Source: Candidatus Woesearchaeota archaeon
GTDB lineage: Archaea; Nanobdellota; Nanobdellia; Woesearchaeales; GW2011-AR4
Assembly: GCA_016184145.1 (NCBI GenBank)
Contig: JACPDF010000021.1
Span: forward strand, 8,422 to 72,421
Length of the DNA stretch: 64,000 bases
Reading direction: 5' to 3'
Part shown: positions 46,141 to 56,611 of the stretch, one piece after another
Position numbering within the stretch: the first letter of the stretch is position 1
How the letters are laid out: the number at the start of each line of letters is the position of its first letter
The notes under the pieces: model-generated
What the model saw: the letters and a program-made list of their open reading frames with translations, nothing else
The model's database searches: none
What the model was told of the DNA's origin: nothing
Translations under genes and position numbers: made by a program

Positions 46141-49100
46141 TTATTTTCTCTTAAGCCTTTTTTCTTCCTTAGACACAGCTACTATTGTCTTAAGTATGGC
46201 ATCAGGAGTCAAAGACATTGAGTCTATTCCACATTCAACTAAAAATCTCGCAAATTCTTGGGAAGAACTCGGAGCATCGCCGCATATCCCCACTTTCTTC
46301 TTGTTTTTCTTCGCTACCCTGATTATATCCGCAACCAATATTTTCACAGCCGGATTATTCTCGTCATAAATATGGCTCACTAAAGCTGAATCCCTATCTA
46401 ATCCAAGAGTTAATTGCGTTAAATCATTTGTTCCTATGCTAAACCCGTCAAAAATCTTTGAAAATTCGTCGCCTAAAATCACATTGCTTGGGATTTCGCA
46501 CATTACATAAAGCTCCAAGCCGTTTTTATGCTGCCTTAATCCGTGCTTGTCCATCTCCTCAATCACTTTTTTAGCTTCCTCTACTGTCCTGCAGAAAGGA
46601 ACCATAACTTTTATGTTTGTTAATCCCATCTGGTCCCTTGCTTTTTTGAGCGCTTTGCATTCCAAAGCAAAAGCTTCCTTATATTTTTCAGAATAATATC
46701 TTGAAGCGCCTCTCCATCCTAGCATCGGGTTTTCCTCTTTTGGCTCAAATTCCTCTCCGCCTATAAGGTTTGCATACTCATTGCTTTTGAAATCCGAGAG
46801 CCTTGCAATGACATCATTGGGATAGAAGGCTGCCGCAAGTGTTGCAACTCCTTCAGCAAGCTTGTCGATGAAAAAGAATTCCAGCTTTTTGCCGTGATAG
46901 CCGCGAGTGGCTTTCAGGATTGCATTTCTTGTATTTTCGTTCTTTATTTTATCGAAATGCAGCAAGGCAAGAGGATGGACTTTTATGTAGCTGCTTATTA
47001 TGAATTCCTGCCTCGCCAAGCCAATGCCGTCATTTGGTATAAAGCTGAGCTCAAAAGCCTGCTCAGGATTTCCCAGGTTCATCATTATCTTTGTCTTTGG
47101 CTTTTTTAGCTTGCTAAGGTCTGTTTTTTTAACCTGGAATTTTAACAGGCCGTCATAAACAAAGCCGTCGCTTCCTTCAGCGCAGCTTACGGTTATTTTC
47201 TGCCCGTTCTTTATTTTCTCTGTCCCGTTTCCTGTGCCTACAACGCATGGTATTCCCAGCTCCCTTGCTACAATTGCTGCATGACAGTTATTGACCAAAA
47301 TAGGAGTGTATCTGGTGGTAAAAACAATATAATTATGGTTGTCTTCGACAGTAATATTGTAGACATCCTGCTCTCCAAGATCTCTGCTATAATCCACCCT
47401 CTGCATCCTTAAGTCGGATTCCAGTATCCTAGCGAGATTTTCTCTCAGGTTTTCAGGGCAAAGTGGCAGTATGTTATCTCTTATTTTATCGCCGTCAATC
47501 AGCAAATTTTTGTCCACATAAGGCCTTATTCTCCCCTTATAGTTTACCTTGTCAATTATATCACCGATTATTTGCTTGGCTCCAAAAAACCTTGTGCCTT
47601 GGGTTTTTCTGCTGTAAGCGCCCTTAACCCTCTTCGTATGCTGCAGCAGTTCATTCACCCTTTCCACAATCTGTATATTTGCTATGGTCCTGTTCCTGCT
47701 TATTTGAGGCACTATTCCTAATCTCAGGCAACAGACAACAATAGCCTGCAACAGCGGTTTATTGGAACAAAAGATGTTTATCCTGCTGGATTTGTGGCTG
47801 TAAGTGCCGTCGCCATCTATTACTCCTGCAAGAAAGCTAAAGATAAGTTCTTCGTCTGCTGACAGCAAAGTCTTTACCAGATTATGCTTATGCTCGAGCA
47901 GCTCAGTAGCAACTTGTTTGCTGTAAACCCTGTAAGCATTTGCATTTCCTGTTACCTTTTTCCCTCTTATAAAGCCGCTTGACTCTTTTTTCTTAGAAAC
48001 AGAAAAAGTCTTATGAAAAACCTCTTTCATGTAAGTTTGCATTGTAGAGATAAAATTCTCTTTCTCCGCAATTGGCTTCTGTACGAAAGTAACTACGCCA
48101 TGTCTTCTTGTTAGGTATATATTTCCGTCTGTGCTTATTGCACCCAGCAGATAAGCCAGTTTCCTATCTTTTTCGTTGCTCTCATTCAAAGAAGGTATTT
48201 TTTGGACTATGCTCATCATTTCATTGTCTTTTATAACCCCCCTTATCTCCTTAGCCACTAGACTCCTGTTCTCAAAAGTCAGAATCTTGTGGTCTGGCGT
48301 CAAGCCTAATGTATTATATTTCGCGCGTCCTGTCTGGGACACCCCTATTTCAATTGCATTATTTTTTCTTTTCATGGATGCTATAATCCTTTTCCACTCA
48401 ACTTTCAATGTTTTTTTATTCAGGGACGGAACATAAAGACCTTCATAATCCTCAAATACATCCTCAAATTTCATAAAACCCTTATTTGTAAGAAGAATTG
48501 TGTCTGCGGTAAAGCACGTCTTGCCCCCCCTGTTTGTAACAATAGCGGCAGCGGACTTCATTATAGGCTCCCAGTCGGGGTCTGTCATCTCGGTAACTAA
48601 AACATCTCCCTTATTGAAATTCTCAATGTCCCTCACGCTGTTAATAATGTGGGCTTTTCCCTGCCCTATCTTGTCGCCTATGCTCAATCCGGCAACTAAA
48701 AGCCTGCCTTTTTCCTTGAGTTCGTATTTCTCAAGTATTTTCACATTCTTCTGGCTCTGGACTGTCTCGGGCCTTGCCTGCACAATATACAGCTTGTTGC
48801 TTCTGCCGTCTTTTGCCCACTCCATGTCCATTGGCTTGAATTTGCCGGCTTTCCTTGAATAATGCTCTTCAATGATTACTGCCCATTTTGCCAATGTCAG
48901 GACTCCATCATCATTTATGCAGAATTTGTTCCTGAACGCTTCTGAAACATCAACATTCTTTGTAGCGCTTTTTTCCCCTATATGGCTGTAAACCATCTTA
49001 ATTTGTTTTGTGCCTAACTTTTTGCTTATTATCGGCTTAAAGCCTTTTTTTAGTGTTGGCTTGAAAACATAGAACTGGTCCGGGTTTACAGATCCCTGCA

Positions 49101-49797
49101 CGATATTCTCGCCAAGGCCGTAAGCGGCATTTATCAAGACCGCATCCTTGAACCCTGACTCTGTGTCGATGGAAAACATTACCCCCGAGCTTGCAAGGTC
49201 AGACCTCACCATCTTCTGTATGCCTATGCTTAAGGCTATCTTGAAATGGTCAAAGCCCTTGTCCACCCTGTAGGAAATTGCCCTGTTTGTGAATAATGAA
49301 GCGAAACACTTCTTGCAGTCATCTATCAAGGCATGCTCTCCCTTGACATTAAGGTAAGTTTCCTGCTGGCCGGCAAAGCTTGCATCCGGCAAATCTTCTG
49401 CTGTCGCCGAGCTTCTTACAGCAACATCTGTCTCCGGCGTATTGTATTCTTTTGAAAGCCTTTTGTACGCTTCCCTTATTTCCTTCTCCAGTTCCTCTGG
49501 AAATTCCGAGTCAAGGATTAATTCCCTCACTTTCCTTCCGCGCTCGGTAAGATTCCTTAAGTCATGCGTGTCCAAATCAGAAAGTATTTCTTTTATTTTT
49601 TCCTCAATTCTCGCCTTTTTGAGAAAAAGCCTGTAAGCAGCTGCTGTAACTGCAAAGCCATTTGGTATATTAACTCCTTTTTTAGTCAGGTTGCGGTACA
49701 TTTCTCCAAGGGAAGCATTTTTGCCCCCTACAAGGGGAACATCCTCTATTCCCAGCTCCTTAAACCACAGAATGAAAGCCTTTTTCTTGTCCATCAA
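46141..49797 (-). CDS. ppsA: phosphoenolpyruvate synthase (PpsA) interrupted by an intein
   Basis: N-terminal PEP-utilizer ATP-grasp region, with the mobile His domain TNRGGKT/CHAAIVARELGIPCVVG split by a 410-aa insertion. The C-terminal PEP/TIM-barrel region includes the catalytic Cys (ICGDAP). Confidence 0.9.
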   Translation of the reverse strand: MMDKKKAFILWFKELGIEDVPLVGGKNASLGEMYRNLTKKGVNIPNGFAVTAAAYRLFLKKARIEEKIKEILSDLDTHDLRNLTERGRKVRELILDSEFPEELEKEIREAYKRLSKEYNTPETDVAVRSSATAEDLPDASFAGQQETYLNVKGEHALIDDCKKCFASLFTNRAISYRVDKGFDHFKIALSIGIQKMVRSDLASSGVMFSIDTESGFKDAVLINAAYGLGENIVQGSVNPDQFYVFKPTLKKGFKPIISKKLGTKQIKMVYSHIGEKSATKNVDVSEAFRNKFCINDDGVLTLAKWAVIIEEHYSRKAGKFKPMDMEWAKDGRSNKLYIVQARPETVQSQKNVKILEKYELKEKGRLLVAGLSIGDKIGQGKAHIINSVRDIENFNKGDVLVTEMTDPDWEPIMKSAAAIVTNRGGKTCFTADTILLTNKGFMKFEDVFEDYEGLYVPSLNKKTLKVEWKRIIASMKRKNNAIEIGVSQTGRAKYNTLGLTPDHKILTFENRSLVAKEIRGVIKDNEMMSIVQKIPSLNESNEKDRKLAYLLGAISTDGNIYLTRRHGVVTFVQKPIAEKENFISTMQTYMKEVFHKTFSVSKKKESSGFIRGKKVTGNANAYRVYSKQVATELLEHKHNLVKTLLSADEELIFSFLAGVIDGDGTYSHKSSRINIFCSNKPLLQAIVVCCLRLGIVPQISRNRTIANIQIVERVNELLQHTKRVKGAYSRKTQGTRFFGAKQIIGDIIDKVNYKGRIRPYVDKNLLIDGDKIRDNILPLCPENLRENLARILESDLRMQRVDYSRDLGEQDVYNITVEDNHNYIVFTTRYTPILVNNCHAAIVARELGIPCVVGTGNGTEKIKNGQKITVSCAEGSDGFVYDGLLKFQVKKTDLSKLKKPKTKIMMNLGNPEQAFELSFIPNDGIGLARQEFIISSYIKVHPLALLHFDKIKNENTRNAILKATRGYHGKKLEFFFIDKLAEGVATLAAAFYPNDVIARLSDFKSNEYANLIGGEEFEPKEENPMLGWRGASRYYSEKYKEAFALECKALKKARDQMGLTNIKVMVPFCRTVEEAKKVIEEMDKHGLRQHKNGLELYVMCEIPSNVILGDEFSKIFDGFSIGTNDLTQLTLGLDRDSALVSHIYDENNPAVKILVADIIRVAKKNKKKVGICGDAPSSSQEFARFLVECGIDSMSLTPDAILKTIVAVSKEEKRLKRK
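47287..48516 (-). mobile_element. intein with LAGLIDADG homing-endonuclease domain inside ppsA
   Basis: The insertion begins with Cys (CFTADTILL) and ends with …ILVNN followed by Cys +1 (CHAAIV). Internal LAGLIDADG motifs are LAYLLGAISTDGNIY and FSFLAGVIDGDGTYS. Confidence 0.8.
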
Positions 49798-49874
49798 ACT
49801 ACCTCTTTAACAATAAAAAATAAGAAAGAAAGGGTATTTAAATGTTTTTGGGTTATGGCATCAAAACAGATTTA

Positions 49875-50960
49875 TCACAAATCACTATAGGCTTCCTCAA
49901 GCAATTTAATAGTGGTCTCCAATGGAAGACATTTATCTGTTATGGATGTTCCAAAGCGTAAAGCAGATTTATCCAATGTCGAGAGGTCTACAGGAACTGG
50001 CTGGTTCCCATCTTCAATATGGGATTCTACCATTAATCCTACAACCCCTTTGTTTCCGTCCACTCTTTGCCTGATTCCTTCCTGGAATACTATGACCTGT
50101 CTTTTATAATCCTTTTTATACTCTGTTTCCCATTCAACAAGGGTATTATCATGGCTGCAGTCAATGATTAGTCTGTTAGGAATGCCTCGCTCAGATAACA
50201 TTTTCTGAGCTTTTTCGACCGAGCCTTGATCATAATTAGGTCCTGTATCCCCTCCTCTTAGGACTATATGTGCATAAGCATTTCCTCTGGTGTATATCAA
50301 TGCGATATTTCCATCCGGATCTAATCCAGGAAACACATGATTGTCCCTAGCTGCTATAACTCCGTTTACCGCTACGCTTATATCCCCATGAGTATCATTC
50401 TTTATCCCTACTGGCATTGACAGCCCGGATGCCAATTCCCTGTGCACAGGAGAATATGCTGTCCTTGCTCCTATTGCAGCCCATGCGATCATGTCTGAAT
50501 TATACTGCGGTGTTATTGTTTCAAGGTATTCAGTAGCAGCGGACATGCCTTCTTTTGCCATAATGTTTAATATTCTTCTCGCTTCCCTGTAGCCCTCGTT
50601 TATATCATAGGTCCCGTCAAGATGTGGATCGTTTATCAGCCCTTTCCACCCGAGGCTTGTTCTTGGCTTTTCAAAATAAGCCCTCATGACAACATATATT
50701 TTGTTGGCCACTTTCTCTGCCACGGGCCTAATTGCGGACGCATATGCCTGGGCGTTTTCCGCATCATGCAAAGAGCAGGGACCCACAATAGCCAGCAGTC
50801 TCTCATCTTTCCCGTCAAGAATGCTCTGTATTGCATCCCTAGACGATTTTACCAACTCGTAAGCTGCTTCTGTCCTTGGAACGTCGTGTATTATTTGTCT
50901 AGGTGAGACAAGCGGCGAATATCTAACAACATTTACATCAGTCACTCCGTTATTTTTCAT
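49875..50960 (-). CDS. aroG: 3-deoxy-7-phosphoheptulonate (DAHP) synthase, class I (AroG-like)
   Basis: …LLAIVGPCS…KPRTS…GLINDPHLDG… throughout. The 361-aa length is typical of type I-alpha. Confidence 0.85.
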   Translation of the reverse strand: MKNNGVTDVNVVRYSPLVSPRQIIHDVPRTEAAYELVKSSRDAIQSILDGKDERLLAIVGPCSLHDAENAQAYASAIRPVAEKVANKIYVVMRAYFEKPRTSLGWKGLINDPHLDGTYDINEGYREARRILNIMAKEGMSAATEYLETITPQYNSDMIAWAAIGARTAYSPVHRELASGLSMPVGIKNDTHGDISVAVNGVIAARDNHVFPGLDPDGNIALIYTRGNAYAHIVLRGGDTGPNYDQGSVEKAQKMLSERGIPNRLIIDCSHDNTLVEWETEYKKDYKRQVIVFQEGIRQRVDGNKGVVGLMVESHIEDGNQPVPVDLSTLDKSALRFGTSITDKCLPLETTIKLLEEAYSDL

Positions 50961-51207
50961 TTTCTGCCTCCTTAAATTTTATTCTTGAATTTTAAGTAGA
51001 ATATTAAAATAAAAACCTCAGAAGCCCTTGTTTTCATCCCGCGCTTATTGGCTTTTCAGGCCGCGCTTGGAAGGAACTTATCAAGAGCAATTAAACTATC
51101 TAGAACCAATAGCTAAAGCCAAAAAATGAATTTGCCCTCATGAATTATAAGATTAAGAAGCTTATTTATATATTTTTTGTTTTGCTTGGCTTTATTTAAT
51201 GCTGGAT

Positions 51208-52191
51208 TTATGGTTTCTTCTTCATCACTTTGATTGGCATTTTTTTCATTTGCCTTAAAGCCTCATTGTAAGTCAATAATTTATTCTTTGCGCCATGGTA
51301 TTTGATAACGGATTCCGCATTTGTCATTCCCAGTTTTATTGCAAATTCCACATCATTTTTCCTTATAATTCCGGACAAAAAAGAAGAGGCAAAAGCATCT
51401 CCTGCCCCTGTTGTTTCCACGACCTTTACCTTGTGCGGCTTTGCATGGTAGAAATAATTTTGGTCAGAAACATAGACGCCATGCCCTCCATCAGTAATTG
51501 CAACTATTTTTGGCCCTGATTTATGCAGTTTTTTCAGCAGGTTTTCTATTTTGTTCTTTCCCGCTAAAATATTTGCTTCTTCCTTGTTCAAAACCAGGAT
51601 GTTTGTCCTTTTTAATATTGGCTTTAGGTAATTAATTCCCTTTTTTGCAAGGTAAGAGCTTATGTTAAACGATATATTTATCCTGTTTTTCTCTGCGTAT
51701 AAAGCCAGTTTTTCCATTGTTTTATAAGACTCCCCCATCATAGTGGAAAAATAGAACCATTTTGTTTTCAGCCTGCTTAATTTTACCTCATTAAGCCTTA
51801 AGTCATTGTTTGAGCCCCTGAAAACAAGAATTGTCCTGTCATGCTTCACGCTGTCCAGTATTACTGAATATCCTGTCCTGGAATTTGGCTTCCTGACTAT
51901 TAAAGATGTATTTACATGCTCTTTTTGCAGGTCCAGCATTACCCTGCGGGAATTTTCAAATGTGCCTATCTTTCCCAGGAAAGCCGCTTTATGGCCTAGC
52001 CTTGCCAGGGAAACTGCAGTATTAGTCCCTCCGCCCCCTGTTGTAAGGATTAATTCATCTACAAGTATCTTAGAGCCTACGGGGTAGGCTATGAAGTCCC
52101 TGCCCTTCTCTTTTATCATGTCGCAGAACTCTGTCCTTACAAAAACATCAACAGTAGCTGAACCAACAGTTATTACATCAAACATAACCAA
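51208..52191 (-). CDS. PfkB-family carbohydrate kinase
   Basis: GG motif (GGGGTNTAVSLARLG) and the anion-hole motif (TTGAGDAFASSFL). Confidence 0.8.
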   Translation of the reverse strand: MVMFDVITVGSATVDVFVRTEFCDMIKEKGRDFIAYPVGSKILVDELILTTGGGGTNTAVSLARLGHKAAFLGKIGTFENSRRVMLDLQKEHVNTSLIVRKPNSRTGYSVILDSVKHDRTILVFRGSNNDLRLNEVKLSRLKTKWFYFSTMMGESYKTMEKLALYAEKNRINISFNISSYLAKKGINYLKPILKRTNILVLNKEEANILAGKNKIENLLKKLHKSGPKIVAITDGGHGVYVSDQNYFYHAKPHKVKVVETTGAGDAFASSFLSGIIRKNDVEFAIKLGMTNAESVIKYHGAKNKLLTYNEALRQMKKMPIKVMKKKP

Positions 52192-52361
52192 ATCTTAAAC
52201 TAATCCCTTTAAATAATTTATTATTCCTCCAATTTTAGGCTCGCCCAATACGGCTCGCATCATTGGTATGTATCTTTCCCAGCCGCCTCATTGACGGCGG
52301 CAATAAAGGCTATATTAGATGTCTTGGGAATTACATTTCTTAGAATGAATAAACTTTACTT

Positions 52362-53411
52362 TTAGCTTATCCTGTCCAAAACTTCATGCGCATCTATGCT
52401 TGTTAAAGTTTCCTTGATTTTTTCCCAGTCTTTGCCGAATTTTACTGAAAAGAATGTCTTTAGCATATCTTTCTCGTTATTGCCTATTCTTGCATTTTTG
52501 TCCGCTTCTATTAAGCCATAGGGATAGCCTATAAAGACAGGGTCTTTGGCATTATCCGATAATAATGGGATTACTTCTCCTAATTTATCTTTTTGTTCCT
52601 TGTATATCTCAAACCTGAAAATATGCTTTGCCTTTTCATGCAGCTTTACAAAGGAAATGTCTGCTTTATGCTGATCACTTTTAATATCTGCAACAGGATT
52701 GTAATACCATTTTCCCTCTGCTTTAAATTTATTTAATGCGTTGTTTATTGAGTTTCCCTTGTCTGTCATCAAGGTAGTTGTTTTGCTCAGTCCGGAAACT
52801 ATAACGCCCTTTTTAATTGCCTTTCCATATAGGCTGTCAATGTATTTCCTTTCATTGGTAAAAGTGCATTGCAAGCTTCCATCTAAAACAATAATATCAT
52901 TTTCATTTAAATTGTCTATAATATCTGCTGCTGTTTTTAACTCCGAAAACCTTCTTATGAGGTTTGAGACATTGGAAATATTGGCTCTCGTAATGCCTTG
53001 TTTTATTGTCTCATCAAAAGAGCTTATCAGCAAGTCGCCCTTATCAGGAATTATATTTTCCTTGCTTATTGTTTCCGTATTGTAAAAAATCTCATTGTCT
53101 TTGTCAATGGCATTTGTAAAGGCATAAAACTCCTTTTTTCCTGACTTTGTTCTTTTGTTGTTTTGGAATATAGAATAATAAACCCTTATCAGGCTTAAGG
53201 AGAAATTGGCTGACTTTATTATTTCCGAGCTTCCGCCGTCTACAAAGGCTATTTTATTGCTTTTATTTTCCGAATTTTGAATCGAATGAAAGTTATTTTT
53301 ATCAAATGGGAAAGCCCTGTAATCTGGATCTGAGAATTTTACATGATTGTCTTTAGATTCAAGGGAATTATTTTTTACCAATTCTATTATTTTGTCGAAC
53401 ATGTCTTGCAT
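52362..53411 (-). CDS. NurA-like 5'-3' nuclease domain protein (tentative)
   Basis: IAFVDGGS and IIVLDGSL segments, with a C-terminal GYPYGLIEADKNARI resembling the NurA C-terminal motif. No herA, mre11 or rad50 gene is adjacent. Confidence 0.4.
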   Translation of the reverse strand: MQDMFDKIIELVKNNSLESKDNHVKFSDPDYRAFPFDKNNFHSIQNSENKSNKIAFVDGGSSEIIKSANFSLSLIRVYYSIFQNNKRTKSGKKEFYAFTNAIDKDNEIFYNTETISKENIIPDKGDLLISSFDETIKQGITRANISNVSNLIRRFSELKTAADIIDNLNENDIIVLDGSLQCTFTNERKYIDSLYGKAIKKGVIVSGLSKTTTLMTDKGNSINNALNKFKAEGKWYYNPVADIKSDQHKADISFVKLHEKAKHIFRFEIYKEQKDKLGEVIPLLSDNAKDPVFIGYPYGLIEADKNARIGNNEKDMLKTFFSVKFGKDWEKIKETLTSIDAHEVLDRIS

Positions 53412-53589
53412 AGCGAGAAAGCAATAGCCTGAATATATAAAAATATTGGGTTTCTACAAATTTTATGATATTCAATTTATGTAGACGCCTATAGAAAGGC
53501 TTACGCGTAAATCTTTTTAGAGACGCTTTCGCATAAAATTAGATTTTATACGTTCAGAACAAGTTCTAAGTTTTTGTCTTTATTTTTGT

Positions 53590-55635
53590 TTATCTACCTA
53601 AAGCAAATTCTACAGAATCTCCAGTTTCTGTTTTAACTAAATTATTGACTAATAACATTTCTCCTTTTGGAAGTTTTTGGGTTTCTCCTGATTTTAAATA
53701 GTCAGATAACCAACCATTAATCATTATCCTAACTCCTTGTGGTCCAATATAAAGTAACAATGTTTCATAGTCAACTCTATTAATGGTGTAAGTTTTGGTT
53801 TCTCCTAAAGTTATAGTATCTACAATTGAATCCCTATATTTATTTACGAAATTATCGAGTTCGGAGTAAAATACGGAGGTATTTTCATTAATAGTGAATC
53901 TTTCACTTGTTACAACTTCTTCCTTGCTTATTAGATCCATAATTGTAACTTCATAAACGTATTCTCCATCAGGATAATCATTCAAAGAAGCATATACAAA
54001 ATGTCCCAATAATGGTGATGTAAGTGTTTCCCCATCATCACCAAAAGCATTAGTTTCATAGTACATTCTCTCTCCATTTGAGTTGTATACGGTTTCGTCC
54101 ATATTGAAATGTATTTTGCCATTAGAGTCTTCCTCAAGATTGGTAGCAAAAGGTTCAAAACATATAGTTTCTTGGGGGGAAAATATTCTTGGGGTTCTTG
54201 AATTACAATTGAATCCATCATAAGCTCCAATTTTATACCAATCCACAATAAAGGATACTTTATTATCAACAATAACAAAATTTTTTGTTATTTTGGCTTG
54301 CTTTTTTCCTATTCTATCTTTAACTACAAGTTCAAATGTATAATTTCCTGAAGATAATGCACTTAACTGGTGTTGCACTCCTAAAGATTCTTCAGCAATA
54401 GGGTTTAATATGTTATTTCTCAAAACTCTTAACCCACTTTCCTCATAGATATTTTTACTTTCTTGAATAATCCCTCCTGAACTATTCCGTATGAACGAGT
54501 CCATATCAAAAAGATGTAATCCTTCTTGATTTTTATCAAACTTACTAACATTGTAGGCGTGGACACATATGGAATCTTTTTTTGTATATGCATTATTGCT
54601 TTTACTAACGCAACCTTGGCCTTCTGCCATAACCCCTAGCATATCGTTCATTATTGTCAATTTGTTATTGTAATTTTCTCCAACTTTTAGAGTTTTATTT
54701 ACATATTTTCCTTTGTTACTAATCCTATCATAAACAGCAATATCATAAGTGTACGTCCCAGGACCATTTTTCGCAATAGTTTTACTCAAAGTTAACTCTA
54801 AAGTATGTTTTTTAAGGAAATTATTGTTAAAGAGGTTATCACTTGGTTCAATATGCCCTTCTTTATCTAGAAATTTATCAAAACTAGTTAGTAGTTTGCC
54901 TTTATCATCATAAATCCATAATCCTAAATCAAACCAGTAAAGACCATCCTCTCCTTTTTCCAATGGTCCTATATTGTTAAAGATGATGCAAAAGTCATCA
55001 TCAAAAGTAAAATCATTATCCTCAACTTCAATACATTTGTCTCCGGCTAGGACACCTAAAACTGCATCATCAACATTCAAAGTTCCATTAAATTCTAATT
55101 TTTTCTCTTTAAATAGGTAATCAACTGCCGAATTAGTGAAATTATAGACCTTCTTGCAAATAGTTACATAATAATTTGATTTTGCATTATCACATATGCT
55201 TTGGTTCCTTTCTGATACGGCTATTCTAGTTATGCAATCATTATAAGTCTGTTTTGAATTTATGTTGGAACCGCATATCTCCAATACTGAATTTGTAGGA
55301 TTAACAATATCAACTTCCTTAGATTCTGTTTGCAAGGCAATAGTTATGCCAAGAGCAACAGAGAGAATATAAAATAGCACATATCCAACAACTATAAGTA
55401 AAACTATTACTATTAGTGTCTTTTTGATGCCTTCTCTAATTTTGCTTTTTGCATCTTTTACAACTGTTGTTTCTGCTATCTTATCATGCAATCCTTGCTT
55501 TTTATTATCCCATATAATCATTAAATAACCTATTCCTAATGCCAATGTAGAGAGCCATTTTGAGAAATATCTTATAACTGAATCAGAAATAGAAATATTA
55601 TTGCCTTTGGAATCAATAACCTTACACTTCATCAA
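53590..55635 (-). CDS. RDD-family membrane protein with a large extracytoplasmic C-terminal domain
   Basis: The annotated TTG/ATG start is followed by the end of an RDD domain (…GYLMIIWDNKKQGLHDKIAETTVV), then a TM helix and 550 aa of extracellular sequence. The RDD domain continues upstream in frame (see findings). Confidence 0.55.
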   Translation of the reverse strand: MMKCKVIDSKGNNISISDSVIRYFSKWLSTLALGIGYLMIIWDNKKQGLHDKIAETTVVKDAKSKIREGIKKTLIVIVLLIVVGYVLFYILSVALGITIALQTESKEVDIVNPTNSVLEICGSNINSKQTYNDCITRIAVSERNQSICDNAKSNYYVTICKKVYNFTNSAVDYLFKEKKLEFNGTLNVDDAVLGVLAGDKCIEVEDNDFTFDDDFCIIFNNIGPLEKGEDGLYWFDLGLWIYDDKGKLLTSFDKFLDKEGHIEPSDNLFNNNFLKKHTLELTLSKTIAKNGPGTYTYDIAVYDRISNKGKYVNKTLKVGENYNNKLTIMNDMLGVMAEGQGCVSKSNNAYTKKDSICVHAYNVSKFDKNQEGLHLFDMDSFIRNSSGGIIQESKNIYEESGLRVLRNNILNPIAEESLGVQHQLSALSSGNYTFELVVKDRIGKKQAKITKNFVIVDNKVSFIVDWYKIGAYDGFNCNSRTPRIFSPQETICFEPFATNLEEDSNGKIHFNMDETVYNSNGERMYYETNAFGDDGETLTSPLLGHFVYASLNDYPDGEYVYEVTIMDLISKEEVVTSERFTINENTSVFYSELDNFVNKYRDSIVDTITLGETKTYTINRVDYETLLLYIGPQGVRIMINGWLSDYLKSGETQKLPKGEMLLVNNLVKTETGDSVEFALGR

Positions 55636-55880
55636 TAGTTTCCCAACTGTTCCACCATATTTTGAGGTGATAAATATTTCGTAAATTGCTTCTGCTATTA
55701 TATTTACAGCAATACTTATCAGTGTTATTTTTATTAATGAGAATGGAAGATAAATAAAAAATCTTCCTATAATCCAAAAGGCAATAAAAAATATGATAGA
55801 ATCGATAGCAGCAGCGATAAATCTGATTCCGAATCCAATATAATCCTTATCGCTGGTAATTCTACTACCCCCAATAATTA

Positions 55881-56426
55881 TTATAGTTTTTTAGATGCCT
55901 TGAACATTAGCATAATCTCAAGCACAATCAATGGTACCATGATCAACAACCCAATAAAAAACAGGAAAACTGTTATAAAGGATATTCCCCCAATGATATT
56001 GAGAACTCCTGTTGCTGTCGCTAATGCTCCAAACTCTTTTTTTAGTCTTAATAGCCCGATTCCAAAAGGAATGCTCAGAGCACCGAATAAAATAAATATT
56101 ACCACTCCGAATATAATTTGCGTTAAAGTTGAATCATTTTGGGGTAAAAAAATTGTTGCATATGTAACTATTGTAGCAATGATTACCAAGTAAGTGGAAA
56201 TGCCCAATAATTTATTTTTAGTTTTGTCAGCAATAATCTTGAAACCCCACATAAAATAGAGATAGCTTCCAAGCGAAATTATTGTTATAAGAACATAAAC
56301 TGGAAAGAGATTGCCAGTAAGTTTATCTGCCTCCCTTAAATATTCAAAAATAGCTGCTGGAATAAAGAAAATAGCAGCTACTATACCTGCAATAGCAGCA
56401 TTATTAAGATTTTTATTCATTTTCAC
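55881..56426 (-). CDS. hypothetical polytopic membrane protein
   Basis: 181 aa with 5-6 TM helices. Confidence 0.45.
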   Translation of the reverse strand: MKMNKNLNNAAIAGIVAAIFFIPAAIFEYLREADKLTGNLFPVYVLITIISLGSYLYFMWGFKIIADKTKNKLLGISTYLVIIATIVTYATIFLPQNDSTLTQIIFGVVIFILFGALSIPFGIGLLRLKKEFGALATATGVLNIIGGISFITVFLFFIGLLIMVPLIVLEIMLMFKASKKL

Positions 56427-56611
56427 ACCCCCAATTGAATTATATATTAAGCTAAGAGTTTAAATATAAAACTTTCTATTTATATGAAGCCCTCTAAACC
56501 CCGTAAACGCTCTGCCTTGCATCATTAAGGTATGGCTGCACGGTAATCAGTTCTTTCCTAAGCAAAATCTCAAGGGCATGCCTTACTGTTCTTTCCGGCA
56601 GATAAGTCAGG

